The translations under genes were made by a program, and so were the position numbers. Source: Lama guanicoe (taxonomy: Eukaryota). Taken from it: 64,000 bases of DNA. Under the pieces are notes generated by a model. That model did not search any database, had not been told where the DNA came from, and worked only from the letters and a program-made list of their open reading frames with translations. The stretch covers positions 1,536,084 to 1,600,083 of the forward strand of contig MU056050.1 of NCBI GenBank assembly GCA_013239625.1. Direction: 5' to 3'. This document shows positions 53,055 through 64,000 of the stretch, piece after piece. Every line of letters starts with the position of its first letter. Within the stretch, counting starts at the first letter, position 1.

Positions 53055-54960
53055 CTTTATTTACTCTTCAACCTGTTTCCAGCTGATTTCCATCCCCATC
53101 ATTTCACTGAAAATGACCTTATCAAGGAAGCTGAAGGCTTTTATGTTGCTCAAAGCAATATTTTTCTGTCTTCATCTTAACCTCTCAGCAGCATTCAACA
53201 AATTTTACCATTCTTTCCTTCTTATAACACTCTCCTCTCTTAGTTTCCACCACATACATGCCTGATTTTCTACTATCTCACTAGCTACTCCTGTATCTCT
53301 GTCTTAGCTCTTCCCTCACTGACAGACCTCTATCGTGTTGGAATTCATTAAGACACAGTTCTGGGTTTTCTTCTCTTTCCTATCTACACTCTCTCTAGAT
53401 GTTTTTGATAATTCACATATTACTAATTATATGGAGATTAGTTCATAAATGTATCACTTCAAGCCTAGACATTTCTTCTGGGTTCAAGACACTTACAAAG
53501 AATACCTTACTTTAATGTCTCTTACCATGCCTCAAAAAGGAGACGTTAACACTAAACTTTTGATTCTCCCCTGGAACTTGTTCTTCTCCCAGGCTAACTC
53601 ATCTCAGAAAACAATAGCAGTGCTCAATTACATTCTCAAATCAAAAAAATTTGGAGTTATCTTTGTTTCTATCCTTTCCCTCACAGCCCACACACATACA
53701 TGCACATATGTATCAACCACTAGAAAATCCTGGTGATACAACCTCCAAAATGTCTCTGAATCCATCTCTTTTTTATCCATATCCACTGTCACACTTTAGC
53801 ACAGGCTCATCTCTTTTCTGGCTTGCCATGATAGACTTCAAATTGGTCTCCCATTTCTATTCCTCTTTTTCCACCAGCCCATAACAATCCATTATACATA
53901 AAGTAGCCAGAGTGATCTTTTTTATATAACAATGTAAATCTTAAAATTTCAAATTCATTAAGAATAAAATTGAAACTCCTTACCTATGATACAGGAAAAA
54001 CTGGGGTGCAAGAGGATGGCCGTGTCCCAGGTCTTGGTCAAGTCCCTGGGATGCACCCCACCAAGTGAGGGTCCTTGGCTTCACATAGGAGAGAATTCAA
54101 GAGCAAGCCATAGCTGAGTAAAAGTGGACTTATTCAGAGAGATGTACACTCCATAGACAGAGTGCAGGCCATCTCAGAAGGCAAGAGAAAGGCTTAGGAG
54201 ATACACATTTCATAGGCAGAACATGGGCCCTCTTACTCAGAAAGGAGAGCTGCAGACGCTGAGCATGGGGTTGGCTAGGAAAAATGAAATCAGCCCTGAT
54301 GTGTGTGGGGATGTTAGTTTTTATGGACTCCATAATTTCATATGCTAATAAGTGGGAGGATTATTCCAACTACTTTGGGGAAGGGGCTGTGATTACCAGG
54401 AATTGGGCCACTGCCCACTTTTTGACATTTTGTGGTCAGCCTAAGAACCTGTCCTGGCACCTGTGGTGGTACCATTTAGCATGCTATTGTATTTCAATGA
54501 GCATATATTGAAGCTCAAGATCTACAGGGGTTGAGTCTTCCACCATCTTGGAGTTAATTGCTGTGTCATTCTTTTATTGGCTGTGCCCTGCCCCCTTCCC
54601 TCCTGTCTCACCTACAAACCCCGAATGACTTTTTGCCCCTAACTCTCCACTTTTACTTAGCACCACCTACTCCTTCATTCATTGTGTTCTAAATACAATG
54701 GCTTTTTTTAGTTCCTAAGAGAAAAGTACCCCAGGGCTTTTGTGCTTGCTCTACAATCTTCCTTCAAAAAACTTCAACAAGTTATTCTCAGGACTACTTC
54801 TTGTCATTCAGGTCACAGTTTACATGTCACTTCTACACAGAGACCCTTCATGACCATTTAAAATGATGCCCCCACATTATTCTCTAACATAAAGAGTCTG
54901 CTTCCTTCCTAGCACTTATTAAAGGTTGCTATTACTGAATTTGGATACTTATTTATTGAG
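53055..54960 (+). mobile_element. L2, split by an LTR
   Basis: tcttcatcttaacctctcagcagcattcaaca, agtagccagagtgatctttt, cttgtcattcaggtcacagtttacatgtcac. Confidence 0.85.
53987..54610 (-). mobile_element. Solo ERV1-like LTR, 624 bp
   Basis: TG...CA termini and perfect 4-bp TSD ccta (53983-53986 / 54611-54614). Strand inferred from TGAGACAGG start on the minus strand. Confidence 0.88.
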
Positions 54961-55391
54961 ACTATTACAAGCTTGTCCATATTGATCACTAGATCTAAAC
55001 TATTTAACACATCCTCTAGTTTGAAAGCAAAATGATTAGTGACCTGTGACATATCACTCAGATGCAAAAGATAAGCCAATGGACAAGCACTGTGTGACTG
55101 TCCAAGCCTATGTTCATATTCTCAGAGGAGAAGTATTCCCAATTTCCTGGGAAATCTTTCTTGAGACGTCTCCCAGGAAACTGGGAGTACCTCATTGCAC
55201 ACAGACCAAAAAGAATATCACTTTCACATTCTTGTTTTCAAGGACTATGTTCTACAGAGACTGTTCTCATTAAAATTTTTCAAACCATTGAACATAGTAT
55301 CTGCACTAACAAATTAGCATACATGGCTATCATTACTAAGTTTCATTTGGGAAAATGCCCTTTGGCCTCAAGACTATGCTTATATAACTGC

Positions 55392-55428
55392 CTCTCTCTC
55401 TCTCTCTCTCTCTCTTTCACACACACAC
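55392..55428. repeat. (CT)n(CA)n microsatellite
   Basis: ctctctctctctctctctctctctttcacacacacac. Confidence 0.9.
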
Positions 55429-55923
55429 CCCCACCCCACAATTGACATCCCTAAGAACTAAACTCAAATTTTCTTCTCCATCTAATACATCCTAACAAAA
55501 CCTTAATGGTCCTTAACCTAGTCAATGACTTCCCTACATTTTGATTACTGTGATTAAAGTATCTGGCACACATGGCTTGAAGGTTAGTATCAGCTTGTGA
55601 GATACCACAAAGGTCTACATATGGACACTTTGGGTTTAACTGTCCTTTGAATAACATTTCAATGGCAATTGAATGTTGCAGCTGTTTGTAATCAACTTAG
55701 TACTGAGATCTCTTGAGAATGTATGATATGACACTGCTGCTGAATTTTGTATTCAAGTTGGTCTAAATCAGGTTGAATTCTTTTAAAACTAGTATGTTCT
55801 ATAAGGGCAAAATATGAATGATAAGATTTATTCAAACTGCCTGTGATTTGGGAACAATATTATTCATGAATTCCTTCTCCCTCATCTTTCTGTTTGAAAC
55901 AAGCTACTTAACACAAGTTTCCA

Positions 55924-56334
55924 TGTAGCTAAAAAATGATGCCACTAATGTGCTATCTGTAGTAATGCTCAGTTTCCCAATTGAAGAGATGACTTAACTG
56001 AGTCCATACATTTTCTCAACTTGTCCTTTCTGTCATCAAAAGCTAGCATTTGCCATATACACTGGGGGGAAAGAGACTAGGACAAATAAAAATCAAGAAA
56101 GGAGAGCTGTGACTGAGCCTCGATGTGACCAAGTCCTCCCTAGCTCATTGTAGATGGTATTTAAAGTGAGAGTTTCAGCCATTTTGGTGAGTTACTGATT
56201 TCCTGAGTCTCTCCCATGTATACATATTATCAAACTTTTGTGTGATTTTCTCCTATTAACTTTTCTTATGTCTATTTAATTCTTATACCAGCCAGAACTT
56301 AGAAGAATAGAGGAAAATTTCTTCCACTCCAACA
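55924..56334 (+). mobile_element. ERV LTR relic (3' part clear, 5' boundary uncertain)
   Basis: ttcagccattttggtgagttact...ctctcccatgtatacat...aggaaaatttcttccactccaaca. No TSD found. Confidence 0.5.
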
Positions 56335-56339
56335 TTACC

Positions 56340-56485
56340 ATTTAGAATATAAAGTATTGAAAGCTAAGAGAGGTAAAGTGACTTCTACAGCATCACACAG
56401 CTATGAGAGACAAGGACTGAACTCAAACTAAGACCTATTTGACTCCGAAGCTGTAGTTTTTTTTTTAATCACTATACTCTGTAAC
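56340..56485 (-). mobile_element. MIR relic
   Basis: agagaggtaaagtgactt...catcacacagcta...gaactcaaactaagacctatttgactcc. Confidence 0.7.
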
Positions 56486-56581
56486 CTCCCTAAGGTTTCA
56501 GAGGATTAATGCATCCTTCTCAAAAACATAGACTAAAGTGAAAAGGGAGCAAATACAAGGAATTTACTTGGGAAACTATTA

Positions 56582-56771
56582 TAGTTGACCCTTGAACAAC
56601 ACAGAGATGAGAGGTGTCAACCCAATGCACAGTGAAAGATGTGCATATAACTTTACAGTTGGCTGGCCCTCTGTATTCACAGTTCTGCATCCATGGATTT
56701 AAAAATGTGAATTGTGTAGTACTATAGTATTCATTGGAAAAAAACTGCATATAAGTGGACCCATGTAGTTC
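56582..56771. mobile_element. MER8/Tigger2-family element, one TIR missing
   Basis: agttgacccttgaacaacac TIR and gcatataagtggaccc. Confidence 0.8.
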
Positions 56772-56779
56772 TATAAGCT

Positions 56780-57380
56780 GAATAAGGAGTAGCATGAGAG
56801 TGAGAGTCTCCTGATGGATTCTTACGGAACCCCTACAATTCACACATTTTACCTCTAGGAACCCCACCTAGTTCTCACAGTGAATATACTGAAGGGGTCC
56901 CTCCACTGGCTCTGGCTGGGGGTGGGGGAGAGTAATCATCCTGCAATACTCTGAGTGTTCTCCATAACAAAGGCCTGCTCTCTTAGGGAAAAGACTATAA
57001 AAACCTTTTCCCAGTTGGCAGAAGAGCATTCCCAACTCTAGCTCCCTCTAGTTTTCCTGTCTCATCAAAGGGCAGTGTGGGGGGAAGTTATATCACTGAA
57101 GAAAACACTTGTGAAGACACAACTGCCCACTAAAGCACTGAGAATGAATCAAAATAGTACAGAAAGTTGTCCCCCTCCCACATCTTACTACCACATCAAA
57201 AGGGCTTAGAGGAAAATCTATAGCATTAAAAGATTATATTAGAAAACAAAATAATCTAAACTCAAAAACCTGATTCTACCTTAGAAAAGTTATGGAAAAT
57301 AAGCAATTTAAACCCAAAGTAGAAACATAAAATTTTAAAATTGGAGCAGAAATAAATGAAATTGAAAATAGGAAAATAAG
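56780..57380 (+). mobile_element. L1MC-like 5' fragment joined at about 57205 to an ORF2 fragment
   Basis: Resembles 23100-23560, then cttagaggaaaatctatagcatt...aataaatgaaattgaaaat. Confidence 0.7.
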
Positions 57381-59011
57381 GTGTGGAATCAAGATGGCAG
57401 AGTAGTAGGACCACAAACTCACCTCTCCTCACAACTACAAAAAACCACAACTGACTTCTGAACAGCCATCGAGAAAAGACTGGAGTCTATCAAAAAGGAT
57501 CCACTTCAACTGGAAACACTGAAGCAGAACCACAACAGGAAGGTAGGAGGGGTGCACTCACAATATAGTCGGGTCCCTCTAGGTGGGCAAGCCACAAGCT
57601 GAAGAACAATTAAGTCACAGAGGTACTCTCACAGGAGTGAGAGTTCTGAGCCCCAGGTCAGGCTCCCAGCAGTGAGAGGAGGAGAACCCAGGACATCTGG
57701 TTTTGAAGGCCAGTGGGGCTTAACTTCAGGAACCCCACAGGACTCGGAGAGACAGAGACTTAACTCTCCTGGGAGGCGCATATGGGATCTCCAGTGCACC
57801 AGGTCCAGGGGCAGAGACAGTGATTTCATAGGAACCTGGGCCAGACCTGCCTGCTGGTTTTGGAAGTTCTCCTCAGAAGTTAGGGGACTGCTGCAGCTCA
57901 CCCAGGAGACACAGAAGCTGGTAATGGACATTCTGGGAGTGTTTATCCACATGAGCTTCCCCGGAGGCTGACATCTTGATTGGATTAACAACACCAAGAC
58001 CCAGCCTCACCCAACAGCCTGTAGGCTTAAGGGCTAGGAACCCTCAGGCCAAACAACATACTGGGTGGAAACACAGCCTTACCCATCAGAAGACTTTCTG
58101 AGCCACAAACGCCTCTAGGCAGGGTCCTACCCACCAGAGGTCCAGGCCAAGCTTAACCCAGCAGTGGGCAGACACCAACCACTCCTGCCAGGAAACCTAC
58201 ATAAGCCTCTAGCCCAGCCTCATCTACCAGGGGGCAGATACCAGAAATTAGAAAACAACAGCCCCAAACCTGTGGAAGGAATCCACAAACACAGGCCAGA
58301 CTCTGCACTGGGATCAGCTCGATCCTGCCCCTTGGGTGACAAGAGAAGAGTGCACTGCTGGGATGCATAGGACATCTCCCACAGAGGGCCACCTCGCCAA
58401 GGTCGAGAATCATAACTAGCCCATCTAAAAACACAAAGAGAAAGAAGTAAAATGAAGTGGCAGAGGAATATCCTCCAGGACAAGACACAAGATAAAATCA
58501 CAGAAGAAGAAATAAGTGATGAGAAAATAGGCAATTTACCTGAGAAAGAATTTAGAATGATGATGGTGAAGATGTTCAGAGAACTCAAGAGAAGTATAGA
58601 TGCACAGAGTGAAGTTTTCAGCAAAGAGCTGGAAAATACAAAGAATACCCAAAGTTGAAGAATAAAATTATTGAAATGAATAACACATTAGAAGGAACCA
58701 AGAATAGACTAAATGAGGCAGAAGAATGGATTCCTGAGCTAGAAGACAGAATAGTGGAAATCACCACTGCAGAGCAGAAAAAAGAATGAAAACAAATGAG
58801 GATAATTTAAGAGAACTCTGGGACAATATGAAGCGCACTGAAGGAGATTTAGTAGGGAAACTGTGGATGTGCCTGCACGCGGGACATCTCACAGAAGTGG
58901 CCGGACTTATCTGCAAACAGAAATTCCTGCCAAGTGACCCTTCCTCTTCCCAGGAGGAACATTGCTTGCAAACAAGGATGTTTATCTGTTCCTCAAAAGG
59001 AACAGGCCTGG

Positions 59012-59149
59012 GAACAGGAGGGTCTGAGAGCAATAAAGATACTTAGGATAAGCAAGCGAACAGGAGGGTCTGAAAGCAATAAAGATACTTAGGATAAGGA
59101 AGTGAACAGGAAGGTCTGGAAACAATAAAGACACTTAGGATAAGGAAAT
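59012..59149. repeat. 3 x 46-bp tandem repeat within LTR
   Basis: gaacaggagggtctg..agcaataaagatacttaggataag units at 59012, 59058 and 59104. Confidence 0.95.
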
Positions 59150-59307
59150 GACTAGGAGGAATGTCTTAGATGTAGTGCGCTTGTGTCAATTCAAAAAATG
59201 CTGTCTTGCGATGCTTGGTACGGGTTCGGGTTGCTCCTTTGTGTGAGGGGTGTAAGGATAAGGAAACCCGAGCCTCGAGAGACTTTTGGCACCACAACTG
59301 CTTAGGG

Positions 59308-59378
59308 ATTCATTTCGTCGGTCACATTTTTGTAATTCATTTCGTCAGCCACATTTTTGTGATTCATTTCGTTGGCAA
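59308..59378. repeat. About 2.6 x 27-bp tandem repeat within LTR
   Basis: attcatttcgt units at 59308, 59335 and 59362. Confidence 0.92.
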
Positions 59379-59960
59379 CACGCACCAATATTCGCATTAT
59401 AGGGGTCCCAGAAAATGAAGAAAGGGAGAAAGGACCTGAGAAAATTTTTGAAGATACTAACTGAAAACTTCCCTAACTTGGGAAAGGAAACACTCACCCA
59501 AGTCCAGGAGGCTCAGACAGTCCCACATAGGATCAACCCAAAGAGGAACACACCAAGACACATACCAATCAAATTCACAAAAATTAAGGATAAAGAGAGA
59601 ATATTAAAATCAGCAAGACAAAAGCAATAAATAACATACAAGAGAACTCCCATAAGGTTAACAGCTGATTTTTCAGCAGAAACCCTTCAGGCCAGAAGGG
59701 AGTGGCACAATATATTTAAAGTGCTGAAAGGGAAAAACCTACAGTCAAGAATACTTTATCCAGAAAGGCTCTCATTTAAACTTGATGGAGAAATCGAAAG
59801 TTTCACAGATAAACAAACGCTAAAAGAATTCAGCACCTCCAAACCAGCTTTATAAGAAATATTAAAGGAACTTCTCTAGTCATCAAAGCACAAGTAAAGA
59901 GAACAAAAAGAAGAAAGAGAGAAAAAAAAAACTATAAAAACAAACAAAACAATTAACAAA

Positions 59961-62900
59961 ATGGCAGTAAGAACACAGCTATCAATAATTACCTTAAATG
60001 TAAATGGATTAAACACTCCAACCAAAAGACACAGACTGGCTGAATGGATACAAAAACAAGACCCATATATATACTGTCTACAAGAGACCCACTTCAGAGC
60101 TAGAGACACATGCAGGTTGAAAGTAAGGGGATGGAAAAAGAAGATATTCCATGCAAATGGAAACCCGAAGAAAGCTGGAGTAGCAATACTTATATCAGAC
60201 AAAATAGATTTTAAAATAAAGACTGTTACAAGAGACAAAAAAGGGCACTACATAATGCTTAAGTGATCAATCCAAGAAGAGTATATAACAATTGTAAATA
60301 CATATGCACTCAACGTAGGAGCACCTCAATATATATGACTTTTAACAGACATAAAAGGAGAAATTAAAAATAACACAATAATAGTGGGGGACCTTAACAC
60401 CACACTTACACCAATGGACAGATCATCCAGACAGAAAATCAATAAGGAAATACAGGTCCTAAATAACACATTAGACCAGATGGACCTAATTGATATCTAT
60501 AGAGCATTCCACCCAAAAACAACAGAATAGACATTCTTCTCAGGTGCACATGGAACATTCTCCAGAATAGACGACATGCTGGCCCACAAAGCTAGCCTCA
60601 GCAAATTTAAGAAAATTGAAATTGGACCAAGCATCTTTTCAGATCACAATGCTATTAGGTTAGTAATCAACTACAAGAAAAAAGCTGCAAAAACTACAAA
60701 CATGTGAAGGCTAAACAATATGCTACTACACAACCAGTGGATCATGGAAGAAATCAAAGAGGAAATCAAAAAATACTTTGAGACAAATGAAAACAAAAAC
60801 ACAACAATCCAAAACCTCTGGAACACAGCAAAAGCAGTTCTCAGAGGGAAGTTTATAGTGACACAAGCATACCTCAGGAAACAAGAAAAATCTCAAGTAA
60901 ACAACCTAATCTCACACCTAAAGCAGCTGGAGAAAGAAGAACAAAACCCAAAATTAGTAGAAGAAAAGGAATCATAAAGATTAGAGCAGAAATAAACGAA
61001 ATAGAAATGTAAAAAACAATAGAAAAGATCAATGAAACGAAAAGCTGGTTCTTTGAAAAGATAAACAAAATTGATAAGCCTTTAGTCAGACTCACCAAGA
61101 AAAAAAGGGAGAGGGCCCAAATTAACAAAATCAGAAATGAAAAAGGAGAAGTTACAACTGACACCACAGAAGTACAAGGAATCATAAGAGGATACTATGA
61201 GCAACTATATGCTAACAAAAATGAAAAGCAGAAGAAATGGACAATTTCTTAGAAAGTTACAATCTGCCAAGACTAAACCAGGAAGAAATAAACAATATGA
61301 ATAGACCAATTACCAGCACTGAAATTGAATCAGTAATTAAAAACCTCCCAACAAACAAAAGTCCAGGACCAGATGGCTTCACAGGTGAATTCTACCAAAC
61401 ATTTAGGGAAGAGTTAGCACCTATCCTTCTGAAACTATTCCAAAAAATTTCAGAGGAAGGAACACTCCCAAACTCATTCTATGAGGCCATCATCACCCTT
61501 ATACCAAAACCAGACAAGGATATCACACACACAAAAAAAGAAAATTATAGGCCAATATCACTTATGAATATAGATGCAAAAATCCTCAACAAAATACTAG
61601 AAAATCGACTCCAACAATGCATTAAAAGGATCATACACCATAATCAAGTAGGATTTATCCCAGGGATGCAGGGATTTTTCAATATACGCAAATCAATCAA
61701 CGTGATACACCACGCTAACAAATTGAAGAATAAAAACCATATGATACTCTCAATAGATGCAGAAAAAGCTTTTGATAAAATTCAACACCTATTTATGATC
61801 AAAACCAAAACTCTCCAGAAAGTGGGCATAGATGGAATATACCTCAACATAAAGGCCATATATGACAAACCTACAGCTAACATCATACTTAATGGGGAAA
61901 AGCTGAAAGTATTCCCTCTAAGATCATGAACAAGACAAGGATGCCCACTCTTGCCACTTTTATTCAACATAGTTTTGGCAGTCTTAGCCATAGCAATCAG
62001 AGAAGAAAAAGAAATAAAAGGAATCCAAATTGGAAATGAAGAAGTAAAACTGTCACTGTTTGCAGATGACATGAGATTATACATGGAAAACCCTAAAGAA
62101 GCAACCAGAAAACTACTAGAACTCATCAATGAATATAGTAAAGTTGCAGGATACAAAATTAATATACAGAAATCAGTTGCATTTCTATACACTAACAATG
62201 AAATAGCAGAAAGGGAAATTAAGGAAATGATACCATTTACCATCATGCCAAAAAGAATAAAATACCTGGGAACACACCTAACCAGGGAGGCAAAAGACCT
62301 GTATGCTGAAAACTATGACACTAATGAAGGAAACTGAAGATGACATAAAAAATGGAAAGATATACAGTGTTCTTGGATTGGAAGAACAAATATTGTTAAA
62401 ATGGCCATACTGCCCTAGGCAATGTACAGATTCAATGCAATCCCTATCAAGTTACCAATGACATTCTTCACAGAGCTGGAACAAGAAATGTTAAAATTTG
62501 TATGGAAACACAAAAGACCTTGAATACCCAAAACAATCTTGAAAAAGAAGAATGGAGCTGGGGGAATCATGCTCCCTGACTTCAGACTATACTACAAAGC
62601 TACAGTAATCAAATCAGTATAGTACTGGCACAAAAACAGACACACAGATCAATGGAACAGTATAAAAAGTCCAAAAATAAACTCACGCACATATGGTCAA
62701 TTAATCTATGACAAAGGAGGCAAGAATATACAATGGAGAAAAGACAGTCTCTTCAGTAAGTCATGCTGGGAAAATTGGACAGCTACCTGTAAAAGACTGA
62801 AATTAGAACATTCTCTAACACCATGTACAAAAATAAATTCAGAATGGATTACAGACCTAAATGTAAGACCAGATACTATAAAACTCCTAGAAGAAAACAT

Positions 62901-63760
62901 AGGCAGAACACTAGCGGACATACATTATAGCAATATATTTTTTAAACCAGCTCCTGAAGTATTGAAATTAAAAGCAAAATAAACAATGGGATCTAATTAA
63001 ACTTAAAAGCTTTTGCACAGCTAAGGATACCATCAACAAAATGAAAAGACAACTTACAGAATGCGAGAAAATATTTGCAAATGATGTGACTGACAAGAAA
63101 CTAATTTCCAGAATATACAAACAGCTCATATACCTTAGTATGAAAGAAACAAACAACCCAATCCAAAAATGGGCAGAAGACCTAAACAAGCAATTCTCCA
63201 ATGAAGACATACAAATGGCCAATAGGCATATGAAAAAATGCTCAGCATTGCTAATTGTTAGAGAAATACAAACCAAAACTACAATGAGATATCACTTCAC
63301 ACCAGCCAGAATGGCCATCATTGAAAAGTCTACAAATGATAGATGCTGGAGAGGGTGTGGAGAAAAGGGAACCCTCCTACACTGTTGGTGGGAGTGTAGA
63401 TTGGAGCAGCCACTATGGAGGACAGTATGGAGGTTCCTTAAAAAACTGAAAATAGATTTACCATGTGATCCAACAATCCCACTCCTGGGCATATATCCAG
63501 AGAAAAATAAAATTATAAAAGACACATGCACCCCAATGTTCACAGCAGCACTATTTACAATAGCAAGACATGGAAACAACCCAAATGTCCACCAACAGAT
63601 GACTGTATAAAGATGTGGTACAATGGAACACTACTCGGCCATAAAAAAGAATAAAATGCCATTTGCAGCAATATGGATGGACCTAAAGACTGTCATTCAA
63701 AGTGAATTGGGCTGGAAAGAGAAAGAAAAATGCCGTATGACATCATTTATATGAAGAATC
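59961..63760 (+). pseudogene. L1 ORF2p (APE endonuclease, reverse transcriptase, CCHC), fragmented
   Basis: [47 protein letters not shown] (about 62056-62073) and [18 protein letters not shown]. First premature stop at 60264-60266. Confidence 0.97.
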
Positions 63761-63837
63761 TAAAAAATAATAACAATAATAATAAGGACACAAATAATAA
63801 TAATAATAATCTAAAAAATAATAACAATAATAATAAG
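63757..63837. repeat. 30-bp direct duplication with (AAT)n at the L1 3' junction
   Basis: aatctaaaaaataataacaataataataag at 63757 and 63808. Confidence 0.9.
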
Positions 63838-64000
63838 TTATTATTTATAACTTAGATGATTGATTTCTTGAATATGTGTAAGCACATCTGACTGTCCTTT
63901 AAGATTGAATTACCGCATTCTCTTGATTCTTATTTTGTAGTTGGTTTTATTTCTTTGATAACTATGTAAGTTTAAAAAGCTAAAGATCTAATCTGTTCTT

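Larger units (their letters stand above)
58839..59380 (+). mobile_element. Young solo ERV LTR (542 bp) inside L1 ORF1
   Basis: TGAAGGAG...GGCAACA termini and perfect TSD cgcac (58834-58838 / 59381-59385). ORF1 sequence rejoins on removal. Strand inferred. Confidence 0.92.
58452..59878 (+). pseudogene. L1 ORF1p (RNA-binding chaperone), disrupted by stops, frameshifts and an LTR
   Basis: NLPEKEFRMMMVKM, LRELWDNMKR and ENFPNL..QVQEAQTVPHRINPKRNTPRHI. Confidence 0.93.
57381..63795 (+). mobile_element. Near full-length, relatively young, inactivated L1
   Basis: 5' UTR with AAGATGGC at 57391, ORF1 from 58452, ORF2 from 59961. Several stops and frameshifts. 3' UTR truncated. Confidence 0.97.

Noticed and set aside
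57629..58624. Antisense ORFs in the L1 5' region as ORF0 analogues
   Set aside because: GC-rich or antisense-shadow ORFs in a decayed copy, with no conservation evidence available.
58786..59046. Apparent ORF1-LTR fusion protein
   Set aside because: Incidental read-through from a disrupted ORF1 into the inserted LTR.
59961..63760. Active L1 or novel RT system
   Set aside because: Standard L1 ORF2 with several stops and frameshifts, so not retrotransposition-competent.

Overview
AT-rich eutherian genomic DNA made up mostly of interspersed repeats. It contains many nested LINE-1 (L1) copies of different ages, L2 and MIR relics, hAT/Tigger DNA-transposon relics and three or four solo ERV LTRs. 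I see no Alu, B1/B2, Bov-tA/BovB or PRE-1. The youngest L1 3' tails look camelid-like from memory, which is an unverified inference. The best-preserved element is a near full-length but inactivated L1 (57381-63795) whose ORF1 is split by a young solo LTR with a perfect 5-bp target-site duplication (TSD). No host gene is recognisable, and most ORF-track entries are L1 fragments, their antisense shadows or low-complexity sequence. Well-supported oddities are two twin-priming 5'-inverted L1s, two L1s with internal deletions of about 1 kb, a solo LTR with seven regularly spaced CCAAT boxes and two octamer motifs, a 20-bp-stem hairpin and a perfect 48-bp duplication. More speculatively, several minus-strand exon-like segments lie in the unique DNA, and one encodes a peptide that by eye resembles the RT C-terminal region of Penelope-like elements. 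No new biological system is demonstrated. Repeat subfamily names were assigned by eye, and boundaries without TSDs are approximate.
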